A stretch of 64,000 nt of DNA from assembly GCF_006345805.1 (NCBI RefSeq), contig NC_043003.1, positions 19,158,001 through 19,222,000 on the forward strand, written 5' to 3'. Positions 50,101 to 63,519 of the stretch are shown here, piece by piece. This DNA is from Octopus sinensis. Taxonomy: Eukaryota. Position numbers and translations under genes: made by a program. Every line of letters begins with the position of its first letter. Within the stretch, counting starts at the first letter, position 1. The notes under the pieces were generated by a model that did not search any database, was not told where the DNA came from, and saw only the letters and a list, made by a program, of their open reading frames with translations.

Positions 50101-53100
50101 GAATTTGTACCCGTGTTCATTGCTCATAAAGCTCCTCTCTATTTTACCTCTGGTACACACTACATGTCAACTCAACTTGAGATTAGCCTCTCTACAAAAC
50201 CTCTCAAAATTAGCTTTCATTGCATCAACATTTTTGACGAACAGTTTCAATTATTAATTTTTATAGTAATTATTAGAACAAGTTTGAAATATTAAAATCA
50301 TTAGAAGTATTGACTTTTTCACACACACACAAAAAGAAAGAAAACCTCCATGCAAAACCGATTTCTTTTAGATGTTTCAATTAAATCATAAACTAAGCTG
50401 ATAGTACACATAACAAAAAAGAAAAAGAAAGGAAAAATGAAATTCATAGAGAAATATTCTTACAGCGTAAGCACCACATAAATATGATGTAATGGTTCCA
50501 CAGAAAGATATAGCAGAGTGAATTCTAAATACTTTTTCTAGGCTCATAGATTCAATCTAACAAGCTGACAACATATCTGTGAACTTTCTCACCATATAGC
50601 CTCTACTTTCCTGAGCTGGACAAGCTAGATGAACTAGTTCATAAAAGTCCCATGTTTGCTAGGGGATACAGTGTAATGCAAATGATGGGTAAATCAGTAT
50701 TTTATTGGTTTGAATAGCTTTTACTTTCCTTTATATATTAATAGCATTCAATATGTGCTGTTCTCAACTCCTTAGAATGGGCAAGTTAGCAGATGACTCA
50801 TAAAATAGAGATTCCACATTATGACAATTTTAGAGTCTCTGGTAAGGCCAACTCCAGTATAGAGGTGATTAAAAACTAGCCCTTTGTTAACATTCCACAC
50901 TTCAAAATTTCTGCTGGATCCATCTTCATATCTGGCATTGATGGAATTCTAAGGGCAAATACAGTAGGAGTTTCCCATATGTAATAACATAAATTGGGGG
51001 GAAAAAAATTAGAGGAACTGAGATTATCAATGCAATTAGCAAACAAAAATTAGGAGCATACACACAAGACCATGCTGTATGGCTGTGAAGTATGAAGCTT
51101 GCTTCCCAACCACAAGGTCTTAGGTTCAGTCCTGCAGCATGACACTTGGTAAAGTGTCTTTTACTATAGCCGTGGGCTGACCAAAACCATGTGAGTCTGG
51201 TAGATGGAAACTGTAAGAAGCCCATTGTGTGTGTGAATGTGTGTTACTGTCTACTTGCCTTACTTCATATGATAATCATAAATGACAGTCACCATCATGC
51301 AAACAGTGTCCTTCATTATCAATCTTTTGTGAAACCATGTCTGCTCTGCTCTTGGGAAATATAATCTTACTTGGAAACAGGTGAAGGTTGGCAACAGGAA
51401 GAGTATCCATTTGTAAAAAATATGCATCAATAAATTGTGTCCAGCTCATATCAACAAGGAAAAGTCGACAGTAAACAAGGATGATAAAGAATGCTCCTTT
51501 GAAGTACTTTCTCTTCAACCCCAATGGTTGATATTAATGTATTACTGTAACAATATTCCCTCAATTTCTATAGTTATATACTGATCATTTAAGATTTGCC
51601 AACTGAATAGAATTTTACTGGGGAGCTCTAATAAGACTGAAACAAGTGTATTGCTTTCACCGCTCCCATACTCCATATTCCACATTTTCCTAACATTTTC
51701 AGTCAATTCATCTATGAGTTATCTTCCTTATTTGTTATTCTTAGATATCCATCAGAGGAAAACTTTGAATTGTTTAGACAATCTCATTTTTACACGTTGC
51801 AATGTTACTAAGTGAAACTATCATATTGGTATCTCTTCATGAATTCCTACATTAAGTGACTAGTATTAGTAAAGACGCCCAATAATAAATACAATATGCT
51901 ACCATGCAGAGATAAATATAAAACAACAAACAAATAAAATGAGAGATTTTACTAATTATTTTACAACAGGACATATTATAACTTTTTATCACATTAGGTT
52001 AGCTTATTTATATTATAAATCACTTATCTATAAGGATACTGGAAAAGGAAATCAAACAACTTTGAAAATATTTATAAAATAGGTGAGTACTTCACAGAAC
52101 AACAATGCGCTCACGACAATAAATCTAATGCTTAAGTAAACAGATATGTTTGCTGAACCATTTCTGCCTGTATTCAAGTATATTCTCTTTTTTACTCAAC
52201 ATGATGCATTCTAGAATAATGTAGAATAATAGTAGGCACAAGGCCTGAAATTTTGCAAAAAGTTGACTGCATCAACCCCAGTACATATTTCATTGACCTT
52301 GAAAGGATAAAAGGCAAAGTTGACCTTGGCAGAATTAGAACTCAGAATGTAAAAAGCTGGAAGAAATGCCTCTATGCTAATGATTCTGCAAGCTCACTGC
52401 CGCCGCCACCGGCAGCAGTAACAGCAGCCATTCAAGAATTTGGACCTGGAGCAGTGACTTTGAGGACCACCTCCCGGTGGTGTCGGGCGTCAATGAAGAG
52501 CCCTCGACTACAACAAGATGATCAAAGTTTTTTTTTCCCCCCAAGGTCTGGGGTCTCCTGCCCTTAAGCCCTAGACCATCACCTAATCCCCCTTACCCAT
52601 CTTGTTGCTTAACAACAGCAGCAACAGCAACAACAACAACAACAACAATAATAATTGCCCTGATGCAGTACAAGACAGTGGCTCTCATGGCTTCTTATCT
52701 TAACTGATGCAGAAACAGACATTAACCAACCCACCTGCCAATGGATACTGTCCACTTTGTTTGAAGCAAAACATTTAAGGCTACTACCATTAGTGTTGGC
52801 ACAGTCAAATAGTAGGTCTTCAGAGATTGCAGGAATGCTAGAGTGGAGGTGAGAAGAGATGTGCTGTGTACAAGGAGCAAGGTGGAAGGGAGCCTTAGTC
52901 ATACTCCTCATGGAAAAGAAACAAGGGTACTAATTTTTCTGGGTGAGTAACAATGCAAAGGGAGAAGGAGTAGGCATACTGTTGGCAGAGAAATAAATAG
53001 CTTGAGTAATTTAGGCAAGCAGAATATGTGACATAACAATCAAGTTTAGACATATCATGGGCAATGCAAAAGCAACAGTGGTGTCTGCATTGTACACCAA

Positions 53101-56100
53101 TCAAGACTGCTTTAATGGCTGGTGACTGAAAGACATTTCAGGAAATAATGTTGATGGCCCCCTCCAATGTGCAGCCTTTTCTGTTTATCATATTTCTCTA
53201 TGCCATAATACAAGAGTTTAAGATTGGCTGTTCTTGGGAACTTCTCTGTGCTGATGACCTGGGGTTTATAGCTGAATTAGTTTAAAGAATTGGAGAAGAA
53301 ATTCCAAACGTAGAAGCAAAGTCTAGAATCATGTGGCCCAAAGTATATTTAACAACAATAATAGTTAATTAGTAAAGAAACAGGACTACTCATATCAAGA
53401 ATGTGACCCTGCTCAATGTGCAGTAAAGGAGTTGAAAGAAATGACCCAATTTAAGCTATGCTTACACAAGAGGCATACTGAAGTATGGTGGGATTACAGG
53501 CAGGCTAAGAGAGAAGAAAGGTTTTGTATGCTGTAGATTCACAGGAGTATTTAGTAGTAAGAACAATGTTGAAATAGATTCTTTCAAATGAAAATTCTAA
53601 AAGCATAGCAGCCGTAGAAAGTAGAGAGAGAGTTTAAGGAGCAGTTACTTTTACTAGTAACAAATGGATTCTCTGTGACAATAACAAGCTGGTTATATGA
53701 TACTTGTGTACAAAGTACAATAGTGCATCATAGAGGGCACAGAATGTAGATGTATGAAGGATGGAAAAAATTTAGTGAGCATGCTCCACAAGATGTACAA
53801 TGTTAGTATGTATGGATGGATGGCAGAGCATATGTGAGCTGAGAGAGAAACTAGATATAAAAGGAATTAGATGCCATGTCCAAGGAAGAAGACTGCATTG
53901 GTATGGGACAAGTTATGTGCATGAATGATGACAGCTGGATAAAGATGTGGCAAATGATTCAAGTGGAAGGAACTTGTGGAGGAAGAAAATGAATAAAACA
54001 TGTGAAGTGTTGAAGGTGAGCTTTAGAGGTTGTAAACCTTATGGAGACGTCAAAGGATAATAGGTAGTAAGACTGTGCTATAGAAGACCTGTCTAATCCA
54101 TGCAAATATAGAAAAACTGTTGTTGTTGACAATGACAACAATGATGGAGATGTTTTTTTTTTTATATATTACTGAAAATTAGAAAATCATACATATGGCT
54201 GTTGTTATTTACTAGGCTTTTGTATTTCAATAATTATATAATGAATCTCACACTTGCAAACGGAGCATACTTCTAAGATGCAGAAAAGAACTAAGAAATA
54301 GGTTTGAGAGAAAGATTGAGAGATAGATAGATAGAGAGATATAGACTGAGAAATTGAGAGAGAGATAGATAGATAGATTGAGAGATAGATAGATAGATAG
54401 ATAGATAGAGAGCTAGATAGTATTTATAAAAAAAAAAGACAAACCTCAATAGCTTTATTGTAATAGGCAGGTCGAGAATAGGTTAATGGCAGTTGCCCAT
54501 ACTTCAGATTACCAGCAGCTCGCAAACCAGCAGCACTCCTTCCACGTCCAACATTACGATTCAAATTCTTAGACATCATGTTATAATCCCAGTTTTCTAA
54601 ACACCTGGAGAACAAAACACTTTATCAATACATTACATAATCGATTTTGCCACTAGAGTTTATTATTTTTTTTTCAGTCATGTCACACACAAAACAAAAG
54701 TACAACTTCAATTTTAATAAAGATTTCTTACAAATTGAGTTATGGAAAAAAAAAAATGACTTTAAGGAATGAGCCTTCTATCATGCCCAACCCAAGGGAA
54801 CTTGTGCTTTTGATGTGCTGCAATTCCAGCATTCATTCTATTCTGTTCTTAAATTACTTCAATTTGGATATGCTCCAACAAAGATATTCCTAGCATGGAT
54901 CTTTCCATTGCTCTCCATGTTGTAACTAGTTGCTGATCTTTCTTCTTTGTAGTAGCCCATGTCTCACTTGTGTTAAAAAGCAAAAGCCCGATTATAATAT
55001 TGAAGAGGTTGGCATGCAAAATCTTGTCCATCTGTGCTTTAAGAACATCTTTAATCAAAGCAAACACCTTCCAACTTGCTCTTACTTTACCCAAGATTTT
55101 GGCTTACATCTCTCTGCATACATTTACTGTCTTGATGTACTTGTTCACTGCCTCAAATTTATGACTTCCTACCATTATTTGGCCTTGTGATATGTTTTTA
55201 GGCCACGTGTGTTTTGTTTTCATGCAGTTTATTTTGAAGCTTACTGCTGAGCTCTGGGTGTCCAGCTCTATCAGCAAAGTTTGTAGCTGCTCTGAGGCTT
55301 CTAACGATGAGCATGATTCTGCCTGTGAAACAGGTGTGTAATAGCTTACTTTTGGTGTTAACACCACCTTTCCAATCAATGCCTCTGATGTCTATATTAA
55401 GATACACAGTGAAGAGCTTTGGAGACGTGGTATCTCCTTGTTTGACACCCTTCCCAACTGGAACTTTTACAGCTAGTAAGTATCAGCAGAGCATTATCAG
55501 TGTTACATCCTGAGTTTGTCTTCCTGAGAAGTTTAATGTATTGTATCTCTCAACTGATAACATCTCTCGAGACTTCAGCACTGCATTCTCCTCAACACTA
55601 ACAAAGGCCTTTCTTTAATCAATGAAGATGACAATGAGACACCTGATATATTTTTGCTTATTTGAGAAACTGTTAGAGGGAATACAAGGTTTATCAAGCC
55701 AAAGTTCTTCCAAACCCTCTCACTCCCTTGGCTTTTGGTCACTGAGATGTTTATATAGTCTAGTGACTATTACTTCTCTAAACAGCATGTAGAGATGAGA
55801 CAAGAGACAAATGGGGCAATAGGTTCTCAGCTCTTCCCTATCAATAATAAATCTCTGAGCGAGGTAATATACTTCACGATCTTCCCTGTCACCCATCGTT
55901 TAAAGCAAGATAGTATTCAACTTTGTCCTTAACAAGGGTATTTTTCCCCTCTTTCAAACATCGATAGCAACATAGAATGAGAATTTTCTATAGCTACTGT
56001 CTTCCACTCCTTAACATTTCCATTACCATACCAATTATTATTATTAATTTTCTTTCTTACCTATTAGTTGGAGCTGATAATGGCTGGCATAATTCTAAAC

Positions 56101-58338
56101 CTCCGTATGAGTTCTAGACAAGAATGGAAAGTAAAATATTGATTAGCTATACTGGCAACAATTTACATCAAAATAAATTCATATAACAGGGATTCCTGTA
56201 ACACATGAAGATTTTTAAGACTATATCACATTCATCTAAAAGAAAAGTAGTCATTATTAATAAGTAATGTACTGATTACACTGGATCTTAGAGAAATGTG
56301 TACTAGACTTTAAAAATATTTATAAAAAACACAGTTAAATGTTGTTGCATAGGTGAGTCAGGATTAACTCATTAGCATTCAGATTAATCCTTTAGTATTC
56401 AGATTTCTTTGTCAAATGTATTAACTATTAATTCACATTGTTTTGAATTAATCAGGCATTATTTTGGAGCTTCAAGATTTCAAAGTGTGTTTGCATATTT
56501 TTAGAATGGCATTGTAAGGTAGGTGTGAGAAGTTGGATCAGGTCAATTTTAACAAAAAACAGGGAGACTATTTGGGCCGGATATGGCCGGATTAAATGCT
56601 AAAGGGTTAATCTGTCAAATGTAATGCTTAATAAATAATTCATAGTTTTGAATTAATCATGCATTAATCTTGCTGCCTTGAGATTTTGATGATATGATTA
56701 TTTTTAGAATGACACTGTAGGGTAGGTGTAAGAGGTCAAATCTGGCTGATTTGAACACAAAACGAATAGGATATTTGGTGTGGATATGGACAGTTTAAAT
56801 GCCAAAGAGTTAAACAGACACTGAAGTTAAAGAGGATCAAGGGTTTGATCATTTTCCTTTGTTTCCACACACAGTGTGATATGAATTACATCGTTATTCA
56901 CTTTCTCAGTCAAGTAAGAAAATGATTTCTAGCAAATCAAGCAACCATGTAAGAGTTCACTTTTTGCATAAATTTTACAAGCGTACAAATTATCTCAAGG
57001 TTGGTGGATTAACATAATGATTAGTTAGAAAGTTGTAAAAAAAATGCTTTCTGGTATTTTTTCTGGCTCTTTTAACGTTCCATGTTCAAATCCTACCAAA
57101 AGTCAGCTTTATCTTTCACACTTCCGGGGTTAATAAAATAAATTACCAGTCATGTAATAGAGAGTGTAGCATTGACTAATTCCTACCCCCAAATCTTTGT
57201 TCATGTGAACATGTTAGAAATTATATGCTTCATTTATGCCAGTCATGCTATTGGATAAGCCTGAATAATCACAACCTCTACTCTTGACTACTCCAAAAAT
57301 GTCAAGTCTACTTCAACAGTCTCAGAAAGTCCCTGAAACTTAGGTATAAAATGGCAATTATTATTCTTTTTATTATTATTACATACATTCATGAGCACTT
57401 TAGAAAAACATTTAACTATTGTAGGGGGTGGAATGAGAAAAATTTATGTCACAAATTTATTAGTGGACTTAGTGGTTATGCAAGGTTTAGGTGACTAATA
57501 CTGGGTGCAGTAAGTAAAAAAAAAACAACAACTTTTGTATTATAAATAGTACTAGCTGGCCCTGTGCCATCAAAAATGACAGCTAATTGTAGTATTTTAT
57601 ATATAAATAAGGTACAAAATAATCACAGATACAAACATTCACATACTTCACTTGAACATACACTCACATGGAGTTGAAATGCTCTTTGACTTTTCTTTTC
57701 AGCATTGAGTATTCACCATCACACTTCCATGACACACATACACACACAAACATTCAGAATTCATATTTTTATCTATCTGTTTAAGAGGGCCTAAAATGGT
57801 TATAGACACTGCCTTGTTTCCCCATACTAACAAATGGGATATAAGAATAAAAAGAAGAAAGAGTATAATATAAAATACCCTATCTACATGCACATTGAAA
57901 ATTTATTAATTAATCATATAAATAAAGAAATATTAATTAGCTGCTTAAAGCAATGGAAATGTTAAATGAAATCAATTAATCAACAATAATTCACTTTATT
58001 TAGCACTCATTTCTCTAAATCCTTGATCTACTTTAAAATGTACTCAATATCAACAGTATGTGCTAATCTTTTTTTATGCCAGAAATAACCCAAATGCATA
58101 ATTAATAATTTTTATTTTAATAATTGCTTGTAATTTAGGTACAAGGCCAGCAAATTTGGGTAGAGGAACTTTGTAAATTACACCTTGACTTGTATTTAAT
58201 TTTATTGGTCCTGAAAGGATAATAGGTTTAGTCAGCCTTGGTAGGATCTGAACTCAGATGATGAAAGGTTAGAGAAAGAGAGGCAGAAACAGGTGTCTTG
58301 CTATAGAGGAGGTACATGGTGGGTGGGTGGGTGTGAGA

Positions 58339-58399
<61 letters not shown>

Positions 58400-61195
58400 A
58401 CAAGAAAGAGAACAGAAACAAGTGTGATGTAGCAGAAATACTTGGTTACCTAGTCAGAGGGGAAAAGCAAGAAAAGGAGAGAGAGAGGGAGTAATCAAGA
58501 ATGAGGGTAGAAACAGATGTGCTCCTGTAGAGGAGATAGATGGCTACTGAGCCAGAGGGAAGAGTGGGAAACAGCAAAAGCATAAGAGAGGGCAGGAGAG
58601 AGATGGTGAAGTGCCAGGGTATACTCACAATTAACAAGGATCAGAGCCTAGCAGACTGTATTTTTTTTATAATGTAGGCTTGTTTAACATTTGTCATACC
58701 ATGTCTTAATTGTACCACAAAGCTAATTATTTTGCTACATGAGTAGTATAAAACTTTAGGGAGAGCAGAACAACAGAATGCTTTCAGAGAAGAAGCACCC
58801 CTTGTGCAAGCATTTTGGGACCTCAACTCCTTACACTTTAAGGGGCCCTGGACTGTATCCAGGTCAGAACTCTTGGATACTTCCCCCAACCTGCTGTTAT
58901 ATTCTGTGCTACTCCATGCGTTTCAACCCTCCTGGATGGTTTAAGTGCCCCACAAGCATGTGTGATATTAGATTGTCGTTGACAAGGCAAAGCATCTTTG
59001 GAACCATGTTTAATGCTTTAGCATTTAAATTACTCCGTTAAATGTGATGCTTATTTATTCACATTGTTTTGAATTAATCAATTAATCATGCATTATCTTG
59101 TAGCTTTAAGATTTCAATGATGTGATTGTTTATTTTTTAGAATTACATTGTAGGTTAGGTTGAAAAAGGCTGGATCTGGTCAGTGTGGACATAAAACAGG
59201 TACAATATTTTAGCCAGATATGGCCGGAATAACACCTGCAAGTTTTAGTTAATGGAAAATGTAAATTTTATTTGAAAATGTACTTAAAATATTAAATGTC
59301 ATTCTAAATTTGATCCCAATAATAATCATTTGTGGACACTTAGGAAAAAAAAAAAAGGTGTATATGGTAAGAAATTTACTCAATGATTTAACCAGACATG
59401 CTTGATTTTACAGACTACTAACTACAACAAATTAATTTATAAAGTTAATCCTAGTGCAATTAATATTGGTTTCAAATTTTGGTGCCAGGCCAGCAAATTC
59501 GGAGGAGTCAATAAGTCAATTACATTGATCCCAGCGTTCAACTGGTCCTTATTTTATTAACACCAAAAGGCTGAAAGGCAAAGTGGACCTTAGGATGCCG
59601 CTAAGCATTTTACCTGGTGTGCTAATGATTCTACCAGCTTACTACCTTCCTAGTACTGTTAATACGGAAAATGTCTGTATTGTAATTGTTTGAGAATTTC
59701 AATGGATTATCTCAATTCTATTTTTGATTCATTAATATCTAAACTCCACAGTTCTCAAAGAATTATTCCAATTATTGTTATGAAGTGCAATAAACAACCT
59801 AACTCTTGTTTAGGTCTGAAAAGACATACTGAGATAAGAATAATTTTTCTCGGGATTAAAAAAGTTTTTTTCCATATTTAAATGTTTTAGACATTTTTCC
59901 TTATTTCAACAATTAATTTTTGTAGTTAATATTTTTACTCATTTACAAGAATACAGCTTCCTTCATTCATGATTGTGGATAAAAATACATTCTTCTTTCT
60001 GTGGTTACTACCAAGTTTCACACAAGGGTGTGAAATTAGCATGAAACAGATCAGCAAATGACATTAAAATATTTTGTTACATGTCAGGACTGTCATTTTT
60101 CTTTTTTTTTACCATATAAACACATACATTATATATTCATTCTTCAGTTTTATTATTGTTCTTATTTTAGTGTCCTTGGTATGAAACCTTTCCTCACACA
60201 TCCTGTGACTGCTTCAGCGCCCACCTGTCCCCTCCTGTTTTATTTAGTCTATTCTGTCTTTCTATCACAAAGGACCACTAAAATAAGAACGAAAATAAAG
60301 CTGAAGTGTGTGTGTTTATTTGGAGAAAAAAAAGAAGCAACCATCCCAAAATATAGCAATATGTTTCAGCACATAATTTCACAGCAGGAATCTTGCAAAA
60401 CAAATACATAAACGATATTAAAACAGTTATAATAACAATTATCATTTGTAAGAAAATAATTAGTTGGAAAATATATGTAATTAGAAACAAACGAAATAAA
60501 CACAACTGTAAACTGCTGAAATGTAAACAATAAAACTATTTGGAAAAAGCATACCCAAAGCAATAATAAAAGACGTTATAAATTTATTAAATGTTTAAAC
60601 AAGAAATGATATAAAGCCGAGAAGATTATGAATCAGGATATAAAAAATAAATAACGACCATATTTGATGGTATAAAAGATGCATCCCAATTTTAGCAGTA
60701 CATATTCAGGAGAATAATTAGAGCAATTAATATTTAAAGTAACATTGCATATAGGACCCAGGGTGATTTTCTTCAGACATTTGGGGGGGAGGGGGGAATG
60801 CCATCAAATATAGTATATAAACTAAGGAAACAATACACAATAGAAGAAGGAACAAATGATTCCTTTGAGTATAAATATTGATTTACTTTTGCTGTAAAAG
60901 AATTTTTCACCTATGATAGTATACCAATGCTTGTATATGAACATTATAAAATTGCAGTAAGCTTTCTGGAACCTGTTTACATTTACTCGTAGCAGACAAT
61001 TTCCCTTTTACATTCCTTTGAGAATTTTTTCCTATCATCCGAGTTGAAGTCAAGTCTGTTGTTGCAAACAATTAAATTGCATCTCCAGTTAAATACTAAC
61101 TTGATATTGTCGTATACTGTTTCCTACTGTGCTTTCTTGCATAGTGCCACCGTTTGTTGGAAGAAACTGGGAAGTGGTTCTCCAGCTGAAGCCTG
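34752..61195 (-). CDS. A1CF: Spliced gene, 3' part: A1CF/RBM47/RBM46-family RNA-binding protein (hnRNP R/Q superfamily) with a C-terminal dsRBD-like (DND1_DSRM-type) domain; RRM exons not seen in the window
   Basis: Seven GT-AG exons (61101-61195, 56061-56113, 54445-54604, 48819-48914, 47621-47765, 37363-37611, 34752-34810) join in one frame with matching phases 0,2,0,0,1,1. The peptide VLENICLKNGWGTPIYHL...YIFKVTL...TIEEAKICAAEHVLEQL matches the A1CF motif ILEEICQKNNWGQPVYQL...LYKITI...EAKTYAAEYTLQTL. The symbol is a family-level call; exact orthology is unresolved. Confidence 0.85.
37363..37611 (-). CDS. A1CF-like exon, Pro/Tyr/His-rich tail with His7 (GMEMPYLTIAPTLYPYDG...EHHHHHHHLP...NNTQ)
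   Basis: Acceptor ttgctgtag|, donor A|gtaaga. 249 nt, phase 1-1, lying within ORF 37238..37633. Confidence 0.85.
38753..38808. ncRNA. Candidate pre-miRNA-like hairpin (intronic)
   Basis: gtcgtgttcagtcatttggatg pairs with tatctgaacgactgaggacgac over about 22 bp with 2 mismatches and G:U pairs, closing a loop of about 12 nt, in non-repetitive sequence. Confidence 0.35.
40965..41415 (+). mobile_element. Full-length SINE family A with an expanded internal (TA)n
   Basis: Head at 40975, (TA)n at 41128-41200, tail ...gactgaaacaagtaaaagag. Confidence 0.85.
44171..44533. mobile_element. hAT-like MITE inside a SINE-A remnant, itself containing an RTE-tailed repeat (about 44268-44465)
   Basis: TIRs caggagtccccaaa/tttggagaaccctg. 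The 8-bp flanks atttagct/gtttagtt match at 6 of 8. SINE sequence resumes on both sides. Confidence 0.7.
45334..46076. repeat. Inverted pair of RTE-tailed repeats (about 45334-45575 / 45830-46076)
   Basis: catcgtttaacgtccgctttccatgctagcatggg...gtgccacct and its reverse complement lie about 255 bp apart. Confidence 0.85.
47621..47765 (-). CDS. A1CF-like exon, second half of dsRBD-like domain (VTLSSLSGSHIPYTNGWQPRVFSRTIEEAKICAAEHVLEQLRYYHNER)
   Basis: Acceptor tttctcttgtag|, donor G|gtaaga. 145 nt, phase 0 in and 1 out, with the EEAK..AAE..L..L helix. Confidence 0.92.
48819..48914 (-). CDS. A1CF-like exon, first half of dsRBD-like domain (VLENICLKNGWGTPIYHLLTTNINGYLCYIFK)
   Basis: Acceptor ttctgtttccag|, donor AAG|gtaatt. 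96 nt, phase 0-0, with the family motif LE.IC.KN.WG.P.Y.L. Confidence 0.92.
49870..50110 (-). mobile_element. RTE endonuclease-domain remnant
   Basis: KWIDKIIQIVRLSNKIIKL...IAVIYTY resembles the RTE APE segment KWVDKV.EV.RV.DRII.L...ISAYAP. Confidence 0.55.
52850..54125 (+). mobile_element. Heavily decayed, internally deleted RTE LINE
   Basis: GEGVGILLAEK (endonuclease), WELLCADDL (RT) and GRRLHWYG...VEGTCG (C-terminus) remnants. Confidence 0.7.
54445..54604 (-). CDS. A1CF-like exon with RG-rich motif (CLENWDYNMMSKNLNRNVGRGRSAAGLRAAGNLKYG...KAIE)
   Basis: Acceptor ttgttctccag|, donor GAG|gtttgt. 160 nt, phase 2 in and 0 out. GRGRSAAGLR resembles the RG/AAG motif of A1CF/RBM47. Confidence 0.85.
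54830..56030 (-). mobile_element. Decayed RTE LINE (RT and C-terminal region)
   Basis: KGVKQGDTTSPKLFT and SETWATTKK...TTWRAMERSMLGISL motifs, with many stops and frameshifts. Confidence 0.8.
56061..56113 (-). CDS. A1CF-like exon (NSYGGLELCQPLSAPTN-R)
   Basis: Acceptor ttcttgtctag|, donor AG|gtaaga. 53 nt, phase 0 in and 2 out, bridging both neighbours. Confidence 0.8.
61101..61195 (-). CDS. A1CF-like exon (GFSWRTTSQFLPTNGGTMQESTVGNSIRQYQ)
   Basis: Acceptor tgtag|CAG (NAGNAG, alternative start 61192), donor CAA|gttagt. Open frame ends in phase 0, matching the next exon. Confidence 0.65.
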
Positions 61196-62214
61196 CTACA
61201 ACATATGACACAATATTAGATTTACAATTCAGCCCCTAGAGGTTGTCTTGCCTTCTAGACAACCATTGTGTCAACTTTGATTTCCAAAGGAAGATGTCAA
61301 TTGGAGTGATATGCAGTGTGGAAGAGGACCTACCTACCAGAGCCACCTTAGCATTATTATAGAGACCCAGGCAAATCAATGTACTGGGCCCTATATTCAT
61401 TTGTTGACAGCAAACACAGGTCAGAATTGGGAGCCTAGACCTTTGGAACATCTCAAGGAAACTACCCATACATGGAAGTATGACGAAACAAATGTTAAAA
61501 TCAGTAATGGTGGAGGCTGGGAAGCTTAAATAAACCTTCTGTCTCGTTCACATCTTTGTCACCTTCCACCCCTCCCTATCTCCCACCCATTTCTCCACCA
61601 ACCAACATTCCATTGTCCACCTCTTTCTCTATTATATTCTTGCTCCCTACATGTACCCATCCTGGGTTCATGTTCTCACTTCTAGTCATTTTTCATCTAT
61701 ATATTATAATCTTTGTTCCTCAGAAATTGCTGGACTCCTTCCTCCACCACTTTGCCATCTTTATTACCCTAGTCTTTCCACTTCTTGTCACTCTTGATGT
61801 TTCCAATCTCCTCAGCACCACACTCACCATTTCTACCCAGGACACTGGCCCTCAGGAATCTTCCCTGTCTGTCTTTCCTGCAGGTGTTGAACTGCAACAG
61901 CTTAAACAAAATAACATCAAACTCACTAGTGTTGGAGAGCCAATAAAGGTCGTGAGCAATACCCATTCCTCCAGACTTTACAAGTTAAAAAAAAACCCCA
62001 AAATTTCATTTTTATTGTATAAACAAGAAATCATATTTAATCTTATTTCATTTAATTTTATGTGTTTATTGTCCTGTATTTCCCCACCCACTGAATCACA
62101 GGGACTTGTCATGCGAATACTTGGCTTTGGAATCTGTAGTATTTAAGAGAATGAAATTTAAATCTCTGAATAACTTGTCAATGTATCACAGGTAATATTC
62201 AGATGATCAGTTAC

Positions 62215-62249
62215 CTCCAACAACCAGGTGAACTGAGGTACGGAATATC
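62215..62249 (-). CDS. Candidate 35-nt upstream exon of the A1CF-like gene
   Basis: ctaaacag|GATATTCC...TTGGAG|gtaact. All three frames are open, and the phase-1 exit fits exon 61195. No homology was recognised. Confidence 0.4.
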
Positions 62250-63519
62250 CTGTTTAGACACAACAATCAAATAGCAACAGTGGTTATGAACACACAATAT
62301 ATCAACTATTTTTACTTTAACTGAACATTTATCTACATTGTATAATATATCTATACATAATTCTGTAGGTCTTTTTGATTCTGACTACGCACCGTTTAAC
62401 ATGTAATAATCTTTGTAGTGTAGTAAAGTAAGGCTTGTAATTTGAAACCTTACCAATTTTAATTACAACTGATGTTTTTCTGAAAACCCGGAAATTAGTT
62501 AGCAAACTGAAAAGAGAGAGAGGGGAAGATAGAGAGAGAGTTTGTGTGTTTCAAAATTTTTAGTTCTATGCAATAAGATTTTGTGTAATAAGTGTTTAGA
62601 GCAAAATAATTTGGAAGGATGCTATAGTCAGAATGATGTAAAAGCAGAGCTTTGATACGGTGGCACAAAAATGTTTTACTGGAGCAGAGTCACAGCCACA
62701 CCATTCAGAAATAGTTAAAACTTAATGTTAACAATGGTAAAAAAGGGCTTGTAATAGGAGTGATCAAGTAGCTGGAGAGTATCAGAACAATGTTCTGTAA
62801 ATATATTTGCTAATAGTCAATAATATTTATAATGCTGCAATGCACTCTGCGGATAGTAAATAACATTACAAGGAATAATTTTTTGCTATTCATTGAATAA
62901 TTATTGTTAATTTGATTGTTAACCATAGACATTTTCAATTTTTTCCACAATCTATAATTTGTACATAAACATGAACAAACCAGAAAACTTAAGCTTCACA
63001 CTCACAATGTAGGTATCAATTTAAAGTGAAAGTGAAATTAATATATCTATGTCACTGGAATCTTCAAACTAGTTCCTTTTATAATGTAAAACTTTCAAAT
63101 AAGAAAATTAAAAGTAAAATAAATGCAAGTCACATGACATGAAAACCTGTGGAAAAAAGAAAACAACACCAAGTGAAAACTGAAAGTTATTTTGAAATAT
63201 AAAATATTTCACATTAAACTAAGCTAAAATAAAATACTAGAAAGCTATTAGAAATCTCCGTGGAGGTGTGTGGCTTAGTTGTTAGGGTGCCAGCATCATG
63301 ATCGTAAGATTGTGGTTTCGATTCCAGGACTGGGTGACGCATTGTGTTCTTGAGCAAAACAATTCATTTCACATTGCTCCAATCCACTCAGCTGCAAAAA
63401 ATGAGTAATGCTGCGATGGACTGGTGTCCTGAACAGCTGGGGAACACATACGCCATAGAAACCGGGAAAGCGGGCCCATGAGCCTGGCTAGGCTTTAAAA
63501 GGGTGCATATATATATATA

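Noticed and set aside
57661-57720. Strong minus-strand donor gtgagt as a possible A1CF-like exon
   Set aside because: No acceptor lies upstream, and the chain 61101->56113 is already in phase without it.
61556-62146. 196-aa plus-strand ORF
   Set aside because: It is pyrimidine-rich, low-complexity sequence antisense within an intron, starts at a TTG and has no recognisable domain.
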